DNA of 64,000 bases from Vermamoeba vermiformis (Eukaryota): assembly GCA_045837725.1 (NCBI GenBank), contig JBEWZL010000155.1:1-64000 (forward strand), read 5' to 3'. The notes beneath the pieces were generated by a model that was not told the origin of the DNA, made no database searches, and worked only from the letters and a program-made list of their open reading frames with translations. How positions within the stretch are numbered: the stretch's first letter is position 1; every line of letters starts with the position of its first letter. Shown here one piece after another: positions 28,401 through 46,196 of the stretch. A program made the position numbers and the translations under genes.

Positions 28401-29614
28401 AAGCTGCAAAAGCACACTTCAAAATTGAGCTTGAAGCACGTGTGCAAGCTCGTGCTCGCAGAGTTGCAAGAAGAATGTGTTGTGCTCTATAACGACGTCA
28501 AGGACTCAAACGAAGAGGCCTCAATGATCAAATTTGCAATGTCTTTGCCGTACTTCATTACTAAAACAAGTAAGTCTTTCCTAATTAGGTAAAAGAAGCT
28601 AACGCAGTATTTTTTCACAGCTTTGAAGCAACGAATGTACATCGAGTATGGTCTCATCGATGTTATTTTGGGCCAACTGTCCAAGTCTGATCTTCAAGAC
28701 TCCAAGGACGCTGCACGATCACTGCATTTCTTCATTCAAACCTCGTTGAAAAAACAAAAGAAACTTCCTTCGAACTTTGTTGGATTCCCGCCTCAAACAC
28801 CTGAATTTGGACTCGCTCTCAACGACGAAATGTTGTCTGATTGTGTTTTCAACGTAGAAGGTCAGAAAATTTTCGCGTCCAAGGCTATTTTGGCGACTCG
28901 ATCCGACTACTTCCGCAAACTTTTCGTAAGTACCACTTTCCATAAATGGAAATCCGGTGATATTTTACTAGCTACAGGCCCGGTCTTACCTTAAATATAG
29001 TACTAATATTCTATATTTAGTTATGTGGCATGAAAGAAAGCTTCTCGAAAGAGATCGTTGTCACGGACATCGAGTACGATATTTTCTTCAAAGTGATGCA
29101 GTTCTTGTACACCAACACGCTCAATTTGGCAAGCCACGATGAAGCCGTGAAGCTTTTAATAGCAGCCGATCGATATCAATTGGACTACTTGAAACTCCGA
29201 TGCGCGGAATATCTCCGAGAAATTATCGATACTGACAACTTCGAAACATTACTCGATTTGGCTTTCATATTCAACGCTCATACACTCCAAGCCCAAACAG
29301 TTGGATATACTTTGCGATTATGGAAGTCAATCGATAAGATCGTCGAAGCTGTAATGGCCCTGCAAAATTCAAATGGCAGATCTGATCCTAAATCTTCAAC
29401 CAAGCAAGAAGAGGATAATACGTTGCCACTTAACGAGAAACAAATTAAATTACTCGATTATTGGAACTTCAAAGAAGAATCGGCTGTGCGTGAAAAAGAA
29501 AAAATGTTGAAGAGCATGATGAGCGACAAATCGTTCACGGACAAGATCAAGTCGTTTTGTAGCGATATTATTATGAGCTTGAACAAGTCTCAAGCGAAAA
29601 TTAAAACCATGTAA
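25447..29614 (+). CDS. Armadillo-repeat plus BTB/POZ protein (probable Cullin-3 adaptor)
   Basis: Repeated ARM motifs (GALWNLS, CAALQNLA, CCGLLRNLS). BTB LSDCVFNVEGQKIFASKAILATRSDYFRKLF...MKES...LLIAADRYQLDYLK. Start codon is approximate. Confidence 0.85.
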
Positions 29615-30103
29615 ATAGTATTATTTATTTAACTTGTGATTCAAAATCCTATCATTTGGAGGCTTCTCTTGGCCTGTTTTTGAGAAGGTCCCTGGCGGAG
29701 TAGTGACAACCTCATATGAGGTTAATTATATTTGCTGGTGAATTGAACTACGGTGAGCCCTCAATTCGTTCTTGGATCTTAGATCTCGACACGACGGATA
29801 GATCAAAACCATCTCGTCATCGAAGATTAGATTTATGATTGCGCATTCAGCCGTCTACGTTCAAACTTAGTTATCAAACCGAACGATAGGTATAGATCCT
29901 TAAGGCGATACCCAGCACTAGATCAAATTACGGTCCTTCAGCCTCTTGCAAAATAAATCAAGAAGAAATCAGCATATAAAAAGCAAAGATTTTTAATGAC
30001 GAAACGTAATTTTCCTTTTTTGGAAGTTTTGATTAATTTGCTTTTGGCGGTTTTTTTCACTCTACAAAATAACTGTTGCAAGAGACCACAATTCAACATC
30101 AAT

Positions 30104-30943
30104 ATGAAACTCCAACTTGTTATCTTGCTCTCAGTCGCCTTACTGGCGTCTGCAGTCCGCGAACGCGTATTGTACGAAGCGTTTTCTGGATTGGATTGTC
30201 AGGCTGCCGACCTTGGCTCAATTACCGTGCGCTTTGAGGTGCGTACTTAATCGTATTGACCGTTCTATGGGTTTGGACTATTTAGGAAATTTATACAAAT
30301 TCAATTCTTTAATGTCCTTTGACAATTTTTAATCATTGGATGCAGGACTCGACTGAGCCTCGTTACGATTGCACCAACTACGCTACGACCTCATATAGAT
30401 CAACTGCTAATGCCCCACTTCCCGATCCTCAACCCGACTGGGCTTACGTTGCAGTACAACTCTCGGGATGCCCGATCACTGACGCAATGGAATACGCCCT
30501 TTACGCTGGTAAATATTTTTATTAACATTACGTGTGCATGACTAATAATAAATGACGCAGGAAAACCAGCGACATCGTGCTGGGTTTATTCCAACTTCCA
30601 AGTTTACGTGGATGGACCAAACAAAATGGTCTCTATCAACCTAAACGAAACTAAGTGCAAATATGTCGATTTTCTTGAAGACTACAACGAAAGTCCAGTT
30701 GGATTTTGTCGTGAGCAAACCGGTTTTTCCACGGGCTCAGCTTATGGCAAGTATCCGATCACCTTCGCTCCTGTAGCCGCTCCTGTCGATGCTCCCGTTG
30801 CTCAACAAACGCCTAATGCTGCGGGATCTCCACAAAGCAGCAATACCCCCGTCAAGAGCAACACACCATCCAAGACTAACAACGGATTCCGAACTTCTGC
30901 CGGATTTGTCGCTCTTATCAGCGTTCTCTCTCTTTGTTTGTAA
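30104..30943 (+). CDS. Secreted, probably GPI-anchored cell-surface protein (3 exons)
   Basis: Signal peptide MKLQLVILLSVALLASA, Cys-containing ectodomain, APVAAPV/Ser-Thr-Pro stalk and hydrophobic C-terminus. Confidence 0.75.
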
Positions 30944-32264
30944 GGTCGCAATTATACAGACTTATGTAAGACCATTGGGGTATATATAAACGATTACTTA
31001 CTTAAAACGTGGCTGGTGAATCTAGTTTAAGCGCCAATTTTTTTATTTCTCAATTATTGTTACGGATTGTATTTTGCAACACAACAGCCTCTAAAGTAGA
31101 TGCATAGTGTCGCGCTGCTGCTACAATCCAAAGTCAGCTTGGAGCAGTGCGTCTTGTGCCGATCCATAAAGAGTAAAGTTCTCGGGAAGCATTTGGATAA
31201 TGAGATTGTGTAAGATAATAATTTCATAGTATTTTTAGTGCTGTTTCTATAATTTTAGAGCGATAATGAAAATCAGAAATGAATTTTTACTTCAAATTTC
31301 TTATTTCTTCAGCTAATTTTTTCCTTAACAGGCAAAATAATTTAAATTTGCAACTACTGCTATTTCAGGTTCCTCGAATAATTATCCGACCATATTCCAC
31401 TCCGTGGCGGTTGCTCCGTAAGTACGATCCAAGCCTATTTTTACAAAGCAAATCCAAACCACCTTTTAGCGTCTGGCAGTCCTTAAAGGACTAACTATAT
31501 ACGTCATAAATTTCATATCATCAAATTATTTCGTCTCTTGCTCCTCTATAGTTTGAGCCCTCGCGAAATTTATTATTTAGTGCCAGATCCATTTGCAGCG
31601 CGAAGTCGAACTAGCAATTGCTCCTTCAGATAATTATGTATTGTGTTTTTTGAATAGCGCTCGTATTTCTGGGGAATCGATCGAGAATTCGTCACAGAAA
31701 TCGAGCCTTTGCGCTAGTTTCGCTTTTCATTCGTGCAACAACGCTATCTCTCCGAACGGATCCGCCTCTTAAAATAACTGTTCAGCGATTAACTCTAATG
31801 AAGGCTATAGTTTACCTTTACTACATTTCAAATTCTGGTTTTGTTTTGGCTAAAGGAATTCGTTCCGTGGATCGGAGATTGCAATCTCGTACGATGCTTT
31901 CACATTTGTTTCTATATATGGATAAGTAAGTTTAAGTGACGAGAAACTATTCAATTTCATAAAGACCATAATACTAACTGTATATAATAGGATCTCATTC
32001 GAAATTTTGCTCCAAATTGAATGTCGGCGATACATCCGTTTATACGCCTTTGAACCTTAAGATTCGCTCGCAGTTCGATGATCCAATCTTGGCTTATTGT
32101 CTGCGACGTTAAAAATGACGCCGACTTCGTTTATAAAGACTTTTTGAGAAGCAGGTTCTAAACTCCAGAATTAAAAATTTGCCTTGACGATTATGACATT
32201 TTTTGACACGGAGCCAAAAATCTCTTTTTTCCGACGGTGGTTCTTTTTATCAAAGCGAGTCCAT

Positions 32265-33663
32265 ATGACTACCACACTTCGTGTCCCACCCCAACATAAG
32301 CAGTTGAAAAAAGAATACCGTCTCTCGCGCCGAATGACAGCCGCTACTCCGCCACATCCAAATATTGAACCAACGAAGATCTGTGTCCTGGGGGCAAAGA
32401 AAGCTGGCAGCACCACTTGGACTAAGTACTTTACTAACCTGAACGAAACGGTAAGTCAATTCGATAGTTTAAAAATTATATCGGCCGGTGGTTTTATGGC
32501 AGATCTAGATCGTGCGCAAATTAAGTGTTGCGAGGCAATTTCATTTAAACTCTTATAATGACCATTAATACATTCAATGGTCATTATATTGCTACATTAT
32601 TATTAAAGTCGTCCTATTATTGGTCCCCTTCATTAAATCGCGGAGAAACGAGGGGACAGCACATCTAATCGTCGTGCCTTATATTCTATAGAGACTCCTT
32701 TAATTAATTATTGAAACATTTAATTATATCTCGCTAGCTTTATATACTTTGAGCTCGTTTACGATGCACAAGCGTATATTTAGTTGTTACGTCTTTGACC
32801 ACTTGCTGACGTTTGTCTTGCAGAAACCTCCTCAACCTATTAGTGCCATGGATGAGGCTATTCCTAAGCGATGGAAGATCGAGGAGCAAGAACATCAATT
32901 GGAAATTAGCGACACGGGAGATCTGGTAATTAATTAGCGAGAACAAATAATTTAATTTGAAAATGTGATTTTACCGCTTAAGCTTCCACCCTAATTAATT
33001 ATATTGCGAATATGATGATTGATAGCTTCATTTAAATCTTAAATTTAAATTTCGGTTGCGGATCGGCAATCAAATTGGATCTTTTCCCTAACACATTTTT
33101 AATTCGTTAGAGCTCCTTCCCTGCGCTATTCTGCCACTTTATTATAACCAACAATGGCTTTGTTGTCATCTACTCAATAACGGACAAACAATCAATAGAA
33201 TGGGCGCAAAAGACTATCATGCAGATCAAAGAGATCCGCAGCCGCGCTAAATTTCCAGGCTGCCCGATCATCTTGGTCGGCAACAAAGCAGATACGAGCT
33301 CAGAACGCGTAATCTCTACTGAGGAAGGGTAAGCGTCTCATTAATGTAACAGAAAATATTTCTATTTTTGGTAGCCACCTCGTATCTTCGTCAAACGAAA
33401 AAGTTTTCAGTTAACACAGATACTCATGAAAGTACTTTATCTGGACGCTTTTACGATGCGTTCGCAGCGGAAAGACTAGATCTGACGCTCTTTTATCGAA
33501 CAGACAAAGCTTGGCGGATAAATTTTCTTGCTTATTCATCGAGACTTCAGCGACTTCCGGAAGCAACGTAGATACGGCGTTTAATAAGTTGATAGAAGAA
33601 ATAACCAAAGTTAAACCTCAACAAGACGCTATCAAAAAATCTCGAAGTTGTCTTGTTATGTAA
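32265..33663 (+). CDS. Ras-family small GTPase-like protein with degenerate G1-G3 motifs and CAAX box (4 exons)
   Basis: KICVLGAKKAGSTT, LEISDTGDL, GFVVIYSITDKQS, PIILVGNKAD, FIETSA and C-terminal CLVM*. Confidence 0.85.
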
Positions 33664-33974
33664 CCTCAGATCTTGACCTTTGTAACATAAGACTTGTATA
33701 ATAGAATGTAAATTAGTAAACTATCTTGCGGAAATTGATAAAATATCAGCGCACATATGGAACCGAATGAGGGTGACAAGAAGTGATTCAATCGTTTTAT
33801 GTACATAATTCGGAATTGTGTTCAACATTCTTATCGGTAGGATTGAATTGAAGGTATTCAATGCAAGTTAATATGGGACTGCAAAAGATAAGATATATTT
33901 CGAAAACTAATTTATTGCTCAAAATAACAAAATGCGATTGTGCTTGTCTTTCGTGGCGGTGCATCTAGTTTGGC

Positions 33975-36803
33975 TTATTGACGAACAGTATTGACAGTAA
34001 TGGTGGTACCCTTCATGATTTTACCCCATCCAATAAGACTAATAAACGTATTAATATACCAATCTTGAATTAACAAACAGTTCGTGAAAAACTTACCGCC
34101 AATGTTTGTCGACACGACGGGACAAAGCAATCTTTTCACCTTCTTGTGTGCAGACAGGAGTGAACAATTGAATCTTGGCCAAGTCAGCCTTCACGGCCAA
34201 GACCTTGCCACCAGCAGAAGTCGAACCAATGTTGACCATCAGAACTTCGTCCTTAGCCAACTTGGACACCTTCGCTTGCTTGTCACCTTGGGACTTAACA
34301 CCCAAAAGGCGGCGCAACAAGAAAAAGTTGATTTCGATTTCAATAAAGATGTCGGGCAACTTGCCAACACCACCGAGCACTTGACCGACCAATCTAAAAA
34401 CAAGATCGTTAGATCGATCTGATCGCGGACAAAGTTCATACGACCACAAATCGATTATAGGGTAACCTTATTATAATAACGATAGTATGTCCCGAGCTAA
34501 TAAACGTGCACGATATGTTTTGTTGTTACGTACCTGTCAGCTCTGCACAAAGTCGGATCAACTTTAGTACCAACACCAATCAAACCGCCCGGAACAGCGA
34601 ACTATAAGTGCAAGTATTAATGTCAAAGCTTGATATATATGATAAACGTCAATAGGACTTACTTGAAGGTCGTTTTGATCAGCGAACAACGAGACAATGC
34701 GGCTAAAAATAGGTCGGCATTGATAGTTGCCCTCAGGATCCTTCGAAACAATACCAGGACGGATTTCAATCTCGTCGCCAATCTGCAATACAAAGGTTAG
34801 CAATTATGCCTTTGAAATCAAAAACATGGGACAAGTCCACTTTTGGGGCAGACGATCCAAACGCAAAATTAATAATTCTCAACGGAATATGTTGGCGAGA
34901 TTTAAACGAAGAACAGTAAATTGGCAATTACTATGCACGCCATTGATAATATTGGTTAAATGAAGAATGCAAGTTCCAAGTCAAGTTTAGGTTTGGTGAA
35001 TCCAAAGCGAACTTTTCATAATTAAATTCAATTGATAACGTACCTTCAATACACCAGTGATAATAGAACCACCAGCAACACCACCCTTAAGCTCTTCAAC
35101 TTCAGCACCAGGCTTGTTAACGTCGAAAGAACGAATAACGATCATTCTAAAACACATCCGTTAGCCGATCAGATCCGTTACAAACATACATCAAAAACTG
35201 GTGAAACCATTTGAATATGATTGGATGAATATAATATATAATGTTCTTATCATAGACGTACCTAGGAGAAGCAGTGAAGTCGCGAACAGGAATGGGGATC
35301 TTCTTGGTAATATATTCGAGGACGACGTCAATGTTGTACTTCAATTGAGCGGAAATCGGGATAATAGGAGCACCTTCGGCAATGGTACCCTTGACGAATC
35401 GAAGAATCTGTTTGTATTGTTCTTGGGCTTGAGGTTCCTTGACAAGATCGATCTTGTTTTGCAAAATGAGAATGTGTTTAAGCTTCATAATATCAATAGC
35501 AGCCAAGTGTTCTGAGGTTTGAGGTTGAGGGCAAGACTCGTTACCAGCAATCAATAACAACGCAGCATCCTATATAAACGAAGATCAGTTCCCTGAATCT
35601 CGTGGATCGCGACAATTTAAAAAGTTAAAGAGCTTCAATCCAACACATATATACAATGTATAATATCATAGTATGTTTCTATTTATAATGATTTATAGCA
35701 ATATGAGGACGTTGAGTGACTTACCATAACTGCAGCACCGTTTAACATAGTAGCCATCAAAATATCGTGACCCGGGCAATCGACGAATGAAACGTGACTA
35801 GTATAATATTACTTATTAGTATTCTTACTATATTTAGGAATAGCAATAAAATTGAACGAAAATGAAAGATCCTGAAAGTTGGTCAGATCGCGCGTCGGAT
35901 CTGCTCCACAATATTACTTGATCGATATAACAATACCAATTATACGTAGTAAGTGGGACCTGTATAATATATTAATACATACCGAACGAGTCTCAAGCGA
36001 CCTTCGCATCCAGCACGAGGGCAAACAGGGCTGTCTTCCTTCAAACTGCCGTAAGATTTGTAGCAGTCAGGACGAGGGCAGTCCGGGCTATCGCACTTGT
36101 AGATCTTAGCGTTAGCATAACCCAACTTAATGGTAATGTTACGCTCGAGTTCGTTCTTGAAACGGACGGTCTAAAAAATTAAAGAGAAATTAGTACGCGA
36201 TCTTAGTTAGGCTTCCTATGCTTAATTTTTATTTGCAAGTGACGATTCGCGATGATTTATCGACAAATAAATTGAATTTGTGGATAAGTTGAATAATAAG
36301 AGAATTTTAAAAATGCTAAATCTGATCATCCATGTTCATAGGCTTAAACATCGATAAATTTAACTAAAATAATTAAAATATTACAAATAAATATTATTGA
36401 GTATTACTATCGCTATGATGCAATATTTAATAGACTAGCAAAGTTTTCTTGGTTCTTGATTTGAAAATAAACTTACTTGGACACCAGAAATAGCCTTTAC
36501 GACGGTGGATTTACCGTGGGCTACGTGACCAATAGTACCTATATTCATACATTTATTAGATTTATTGGCCTCGAAAAGACTGAGAAAAAAATTGGATGCT
36601 GAATTATTAGATCTTGTCCTCGCTGATTTTGCTTGTAATTAATTCCTCGTACCAATATTAATTGTAGCTTGTCTAGAAATAACTTCAGGTGACAAAGGAG
36701 TCAATTTAGAAATGTCCAAGGTTGACAAATCTTGTTTTGCAAGATGAGTCGTATCTGCAATTCTGCCAGATATGCTCGATGAGGCAACTGTTTCTTCAGC
36801 CAT
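33975..36803 (-). CDS. EIF2S3: Translation initiation factor 2 subunit gamma
   Basis: [81 protein letters not shown] and [14 protein letters not shown]. Confidence 0.98.
34887..35020 (-). ncRNA. Candidate intronic H/ACA-like two-hairpin RNA in an eIF2-gamma intron
   Basis: Hairpin, ATATTA (H-box-like), then hairpin TGGCG...CGCCA followed by ACA plus 3 nt; about 134 nt. Guide pockets are asymmetric. Confidence 0.25.
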
Positions 36804-37532
36804 CTTGTTCAATATATAACAGACAAAAGAAAACAAATGACCTCGTGCCACTTTCTCTCTTTTGAACGAGTGCCCTGGTAACAGCTATTTTTCTGCAGAT
36901 CCAAAACCCGCGACCACACCACAACAATAATATGTTATATTAATATTCACGTTTATATGTGACGCCATGGCGTAGATAACGTTAGGATTACTCAGTTTTG
37001 CATTGGATTGGGTTGATTTTTTTGGACGATCTCAGATGAAGCAGCACAATTACTACAGAGGCCTTCACATAGTTGAAAATATTATTATGCACGATGCAGG
37101 TAAGGAGAAGTAATATCTTCCACCACAAGCAAATTACCTGAGCGAGATCCGGATTTACAACAATATTTTAGCGTTACAAAAACGTGCACGCGTCATATTA
37201 TAATATATTTAAAATATAATTGAGCTATGACAACTATTTAATTTATTCAAATACACAAATTTCAATTTGTTTTTGTTCCGTTGCAAGGCGGGATGTTCCT
37301 TCATCGCCGAGCTGGATCTTGCTTACATCTTAGTTTTTTCATCAGCTTAATGCTCTATATACTATCGTTTATGCATTGGTACGATGGGGATCTGGATTTG
37401 CTTCAGTGAACTAGCTGACGAAGTGTCACCCCAGGTTCACAAAATCTTCTGCTTATTTCATTACCGTTGTTTTCAGTTGCTGTGTGCGCGCCAAATCGAT
37501 CACATACAATCTTATTTATTCTGTGCTATGAA

Positions 37533-39234
37533 ATGAACCCTGTAAGCAATGGCACAGATGCATTTTATTGCGAGACAAACTCCGATTGCTTTGAGCACGG
37601 TATTTGCTCGGATTTGAAGTGCTTATGTTATCCTTTATGGACTGGTAAGTCTACTTTATGAATATTAATTCTAATTAATAACATCAAAAGGAAACAAAGT
37701 AAAATGTTCGCCAGGTCGTAACGGATTTTGAAATTTTTCCTCAGCTTTGTCCAAAACAAATTAAAATTATCATGATTTATCAATATTAAATATCGTTTAT
37801 ACATATTTTGTTTCAGAATAGTTTTCTAGAACATTCCACGAGTCAAGTTGCTAATTTACATTGACACATCCAGGCCAGCAATGTGAAACCAATAAAGTTG
37901 ATTCCTCGCCGGTAATATTTCGGTTCTTTTGGGCGCAGAATGCAATATGTTCCGCTTTATTTCTTGCCGTGGCTGTGGCTGCTGTAGTCCAGCTGGCAAT
38001 GCTCGACGAACGAAGAAGAAAACTAAAGAAGAATAATTACGTACGGATCAAATGAATAGCTTTATGAAGTACATTCATACTTACTTTTTTGAATATTAGG
38101 CTACTTGGACGCTTTATTCAGTTATTGCTTTTATCGGATTTGGTACGAAAGATTCTTAGCCCGCGACTTTATCTAATCGACTTTTATTAGAGCGAATTTT
38201 ATACCTAATGCTTGATCCTTATCGCTACAGAGGAATTATCGGTGCTAGTAAGAAAATGAATCAATATCGGCGTGGACCCATAATCGGAAAATTAATAGTT
38301 ATTTTTAGTTGCCGAAAGTATTTTATTCGGCTTAGCGACATGGGGCTTGGTATGCCTATACTTGATGATATTAATTATGTGGTATGTAATCACATTTAAG
38401 TGGCAAAAGATCCTCGTACTAACTCATTTGCAGGATCAAGATGTACAGAGCCACACGAAACTCCGAGGCACTCGTATCAAAGTTTGTTAAATATATTTGG
38501 GGTCTAATGGGCCTTGTTTTAGTAGTACAGGTAGTCTACGATGTTATTCGAGCGATTTATGCTGCCGGCCAAGGCCGAACTGTCGCGTTGAGTACGTTAC
38601 TTTTCATAGTTAGTGCTAAATATAGCAACACTAATTCCCCGAATATAGTTGTGTATTTTGCTATAGCCATCAGCTGCAGTGTTTTTATATCGGTGGTGTT
38701 CTTAGTCTACGGCCGCTTATTGTACAGACGTCTCATCAAGTTCAAGGATCAAGATCCAACTCGTCAAAAGAAAATTAACAAGGTACGCACCTAATGTAGA
38801 TTACTACTAATAGTACTTCCTATAGTTATCATATATTTAGCATTGAATAGTTTAAAACAGTCGCGCTAATATTTTTTCAGGTCACACGATTTACCACGAC
38901 AGCGAGTATTGTCGTCATTTCGTACAGCTTAGCATTGCTTGTGTTAATAATAGTGACGTTGATTTATGGCGAAGACGTTTTAGTCTTTTTGATCTCGCAC
39001 TTCTTGGAACGCTTGATTGAAGTTGGAGCATGCACTGCTATTCTCATCACTCACCATGTCAACATTCGACAACACAGGATCCAGATCTCGACGGCAGGTG
39101 GCAGCAGCACTAACAACACCTCAGTCAGATCTCGTTCTATGAGTGCTTTAAGAGCTTCTTCGATACCTGTCATTGAACAACAGACAGAAAAAGATGAAGA
39201 AGCGAGCGCGGGCGAGAACTCAAGTGTAGTTTAA
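37533..39234 (+). CDS. EGF-like domain plus about 7-TM membrane protein (GPCR-like / THH1-TOM1-like)
   Basis: CETNSDCFEHGICSDLKCLCYPLWTG|QQCE EGF motif followed by multiple TM segments (LDPYRYRG; VFLVYGRLLYRRL) and a Ser-rich cytosolic tail. Confidence 0.7.
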
Positions 39235-39498
39235 AATTTTTAATGTTATGTAGTTTACTGTAAATAGCTATTATTTTTTATGCACTTGAATGCTTATTAA
39301 TTGTGAGATAGAAACCAAAGAATGAAGCAGGGTTATGTATATAGATTTATTTATATATGGGTGATTTATCGTATTGACATCGCTCATACGATATTTTTAC
39401 AAATAATTACAATAGAAGCGAGATATATTCAGAGTAATTTCAAATCGAGCCTGTACAAATTTGACACGTACACATGTGTCGTGCGTCAATTTTTCCAA

Positions 39499-41465
39499 TT
39501 ACATGACGCGTACTTTACCTTCCGAAGCAGGAGCTTGAAGCAAATCGTGCTTAAAGTACCGGTCAATAAGATCACTAGCCTTCTTGCTCTTATCGTTCTT
39601 CAGCTGCAATAGTCTCGCGACACCATCGCAATGTCGGATCTGCTGGATCACTTGCTCGCACAACTCTTGGATGCACAACAACGATTCTAAAGCTTGCAAA
39701 GCCTTGTCTTTTGAACTTCCCTCGAAGAGACTAGTGCAAATAAGCTTCACAATGCCGAGCTCAGCGTTCACAAAGTATCGTAGCAGATCCACATTGCCAC
39801 GGCAAGACGTGATGGCGTTGGCAAAGTAATAAGTGATCTCGCGTTGTGCCCAGTCCTGATCACGGGGCAAATGGACGACTTTGTTCAGAATGCCCAAATC
39901 GATCATTCGTCGCACGCAATCTTGTTGGCAGATCGCGACGTTGGACAGAATTCTTCCTGCATTCACGTTGGTCGCGAACAATTTCTCGACGAAAGGGTAC
40001 ACGCCGTGATTGACCAAGTCCAGCTCAAAGTCGTAGTTCACTGCGATGGCGTCAACAGAGTCGAATGCCCACCCCACGTGCTCCCTAAACAACCGTTATT
40101 ATACCGATCTGAGTATCTACTTCGTCCAGGAACTAAGAAATAAATTTGATAATTTCACGAGCAAAAGGTGCGCATGTCAATGAGATTGCCTAATTTGGTC
40201 ATCAATTCGCTTCGACAGCAAAACGAACAGATATGAATATGAAGAGGTCTGTCATATAGAATGCACTTACGAGGCTAGTTGAATGACTAACGAAGTCAGA
40301 TCCAAGTCCATCATTTGCTTCAGTTGCTGTTTCGTGATGCTCGGCACCCTGACGCAGGCTTTGAACACTCTGCCAGCATTCGAGACAATGCGCTTGTTGC
40401 TGCATCGAATGAGGTGTGGCAGCTGTTTTATGATTGGTGTGATTTTCGACCAATCTTCAGACGAAAATTCATCGGAAAGGTGACGACACACACGCGATGA
40501 CATTTCGAGCAGTTCTTCGTCCTCACTTGTCGCCAAAATCTTGACAACAGGTGTAATGACATTCGAATTGAATATGTACGAGCGGTTCTGAACGCGTGGT
40601 AAGAATTTGCAAAGAATTTTCGGATGCACATCCGAAATCTGGATCAGGATCTTACCATGCCTGACGCGGAGGCGATATTGCCCAGCGTGAATAAGGCGTT
40701 AATAACGTAGTCTTTCGAAGGGCATGAAAGCAATTCAATTAGAATGGGTACCGCACCAGCAGCAGTTATAATGCTGTTGTAGTGAGTTTTCTTCGTGAGA
40801 TTGGCCAATGACGACAAGGCCAGGCCCTAGGAAGGTTAGGAAAGGCTAATATAAGACAAGTACTATTCATACTTTGAGGTCGTCGTACTCCTCAGACTTG
40901 AGTAAGTCAATTATCTTTGGTATGATCTTGGAGTCTTTTAGGGCGATCTGATCGTCAAAACTCACTAAAAATTGTCAGTCAAATGATTTCCGAGGTAAAA
41001 TTATTCATACAATCTTGCGCGGCTCGCTCTCGAAAATGAGTGGCGGCTCGTAATCGAGTTTGAATCGAGCTTCCTTGGGAAAACAGATCTGCTATAAGCC
41101 GGGGAATCTCCTCTTTTAATTGATGCTGGCATAATATTGCCTTCAATGTAATAGTGCTAATTTGGTTTCCTTCATCACCGTAGAACATAAAACGGAGGCG
41201 CATCCAGACCCCTTTGTCGTGAATGAAGGTTTTTTGTCTTTTAAAAATTTGCAGGTTAAATATTTAATAAGAATAATATATAATGGGAAATAAGATACCT
41301 CTTAGATGTGGCTCTAATATTCAGCAACGATTTAGGAAAAGGGAGTAAATTTGAAAAAATAATTTCGCATAGCTCTTTCAATTCCAAAATGTTGAGGGCC
41401 AAACCTGGTAGAGCCTCTTCGGAATCTACTAGCATGGGCGTGTATCCTTCTTCTAGGTCCTGCAT
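39499..41465 (-). CDS. F-box-like plus importin-alpha-like ARM repeat protein
   Basis: ALNILELKELCEIIFSNLLPFPKSLLNIRATSKR (F-box-like). ARM segments AGAVPILIELLS, TLGNIAS, GRILSNVA and AQREITYYFANA. Confidence 0.65.
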
Positions 41466-41597
41466 CTCGCTTCTGGTCGTCTGAACTCGAAAGATTGCGT
41501 TTTTGACCAAGCTGATCTGCCGACCAAATTTTCTCTGTGTTGTTATTTACAAGACTTTATTTCTATTCATCTATATGTACATTAAAAATTACCAAGT

Positions 41598-44523
<2,926 letters not shown>

Positions 44524-44943
44524 TCTTATTAATGCTGTAAATTTATTTCTTTTTTATTTAGTTGGCATCCGCGACCAAAGTTCGTATCTTTTAGATTATC
44601 CGAGCTAAAGTTAACAATAATATAATATGTGCCGTGTTAGATTTGAAAAGGTAGACGATAAGTTGCCTTGCCTAGTCAATCACAACAGTTCGTTAAAAAA
44701 ATAGTTTTGTGTTTTGCGCGAAACGGAATTGAAGCCGAATGTCGGCTGAGGTCGGTTTGGACAAATAGAACTGACTTTTAGTTTATAAAAGTATGCCTAC
44801 TAAAGAGTTTGCTCATTATTCGAAATATTCAGAGAAGGCGAATTCTACGATCAGATTTGTTATTCCGAAAAAGGAAAGCCGAGAGGATCTGCCTTCAAAT
44901 GCATATTTACTAGCAGTGCATATCGTCAACCAATAATATTATC

Positions 44944-46196
<1,253 letters not shown>

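Noticed and set aside
30950-32180. Possible gene in the 1.2-kb intergenic stretch
   Set aside because: Splice-like signals exist, but the joins I tried terminate after about 40 codons.
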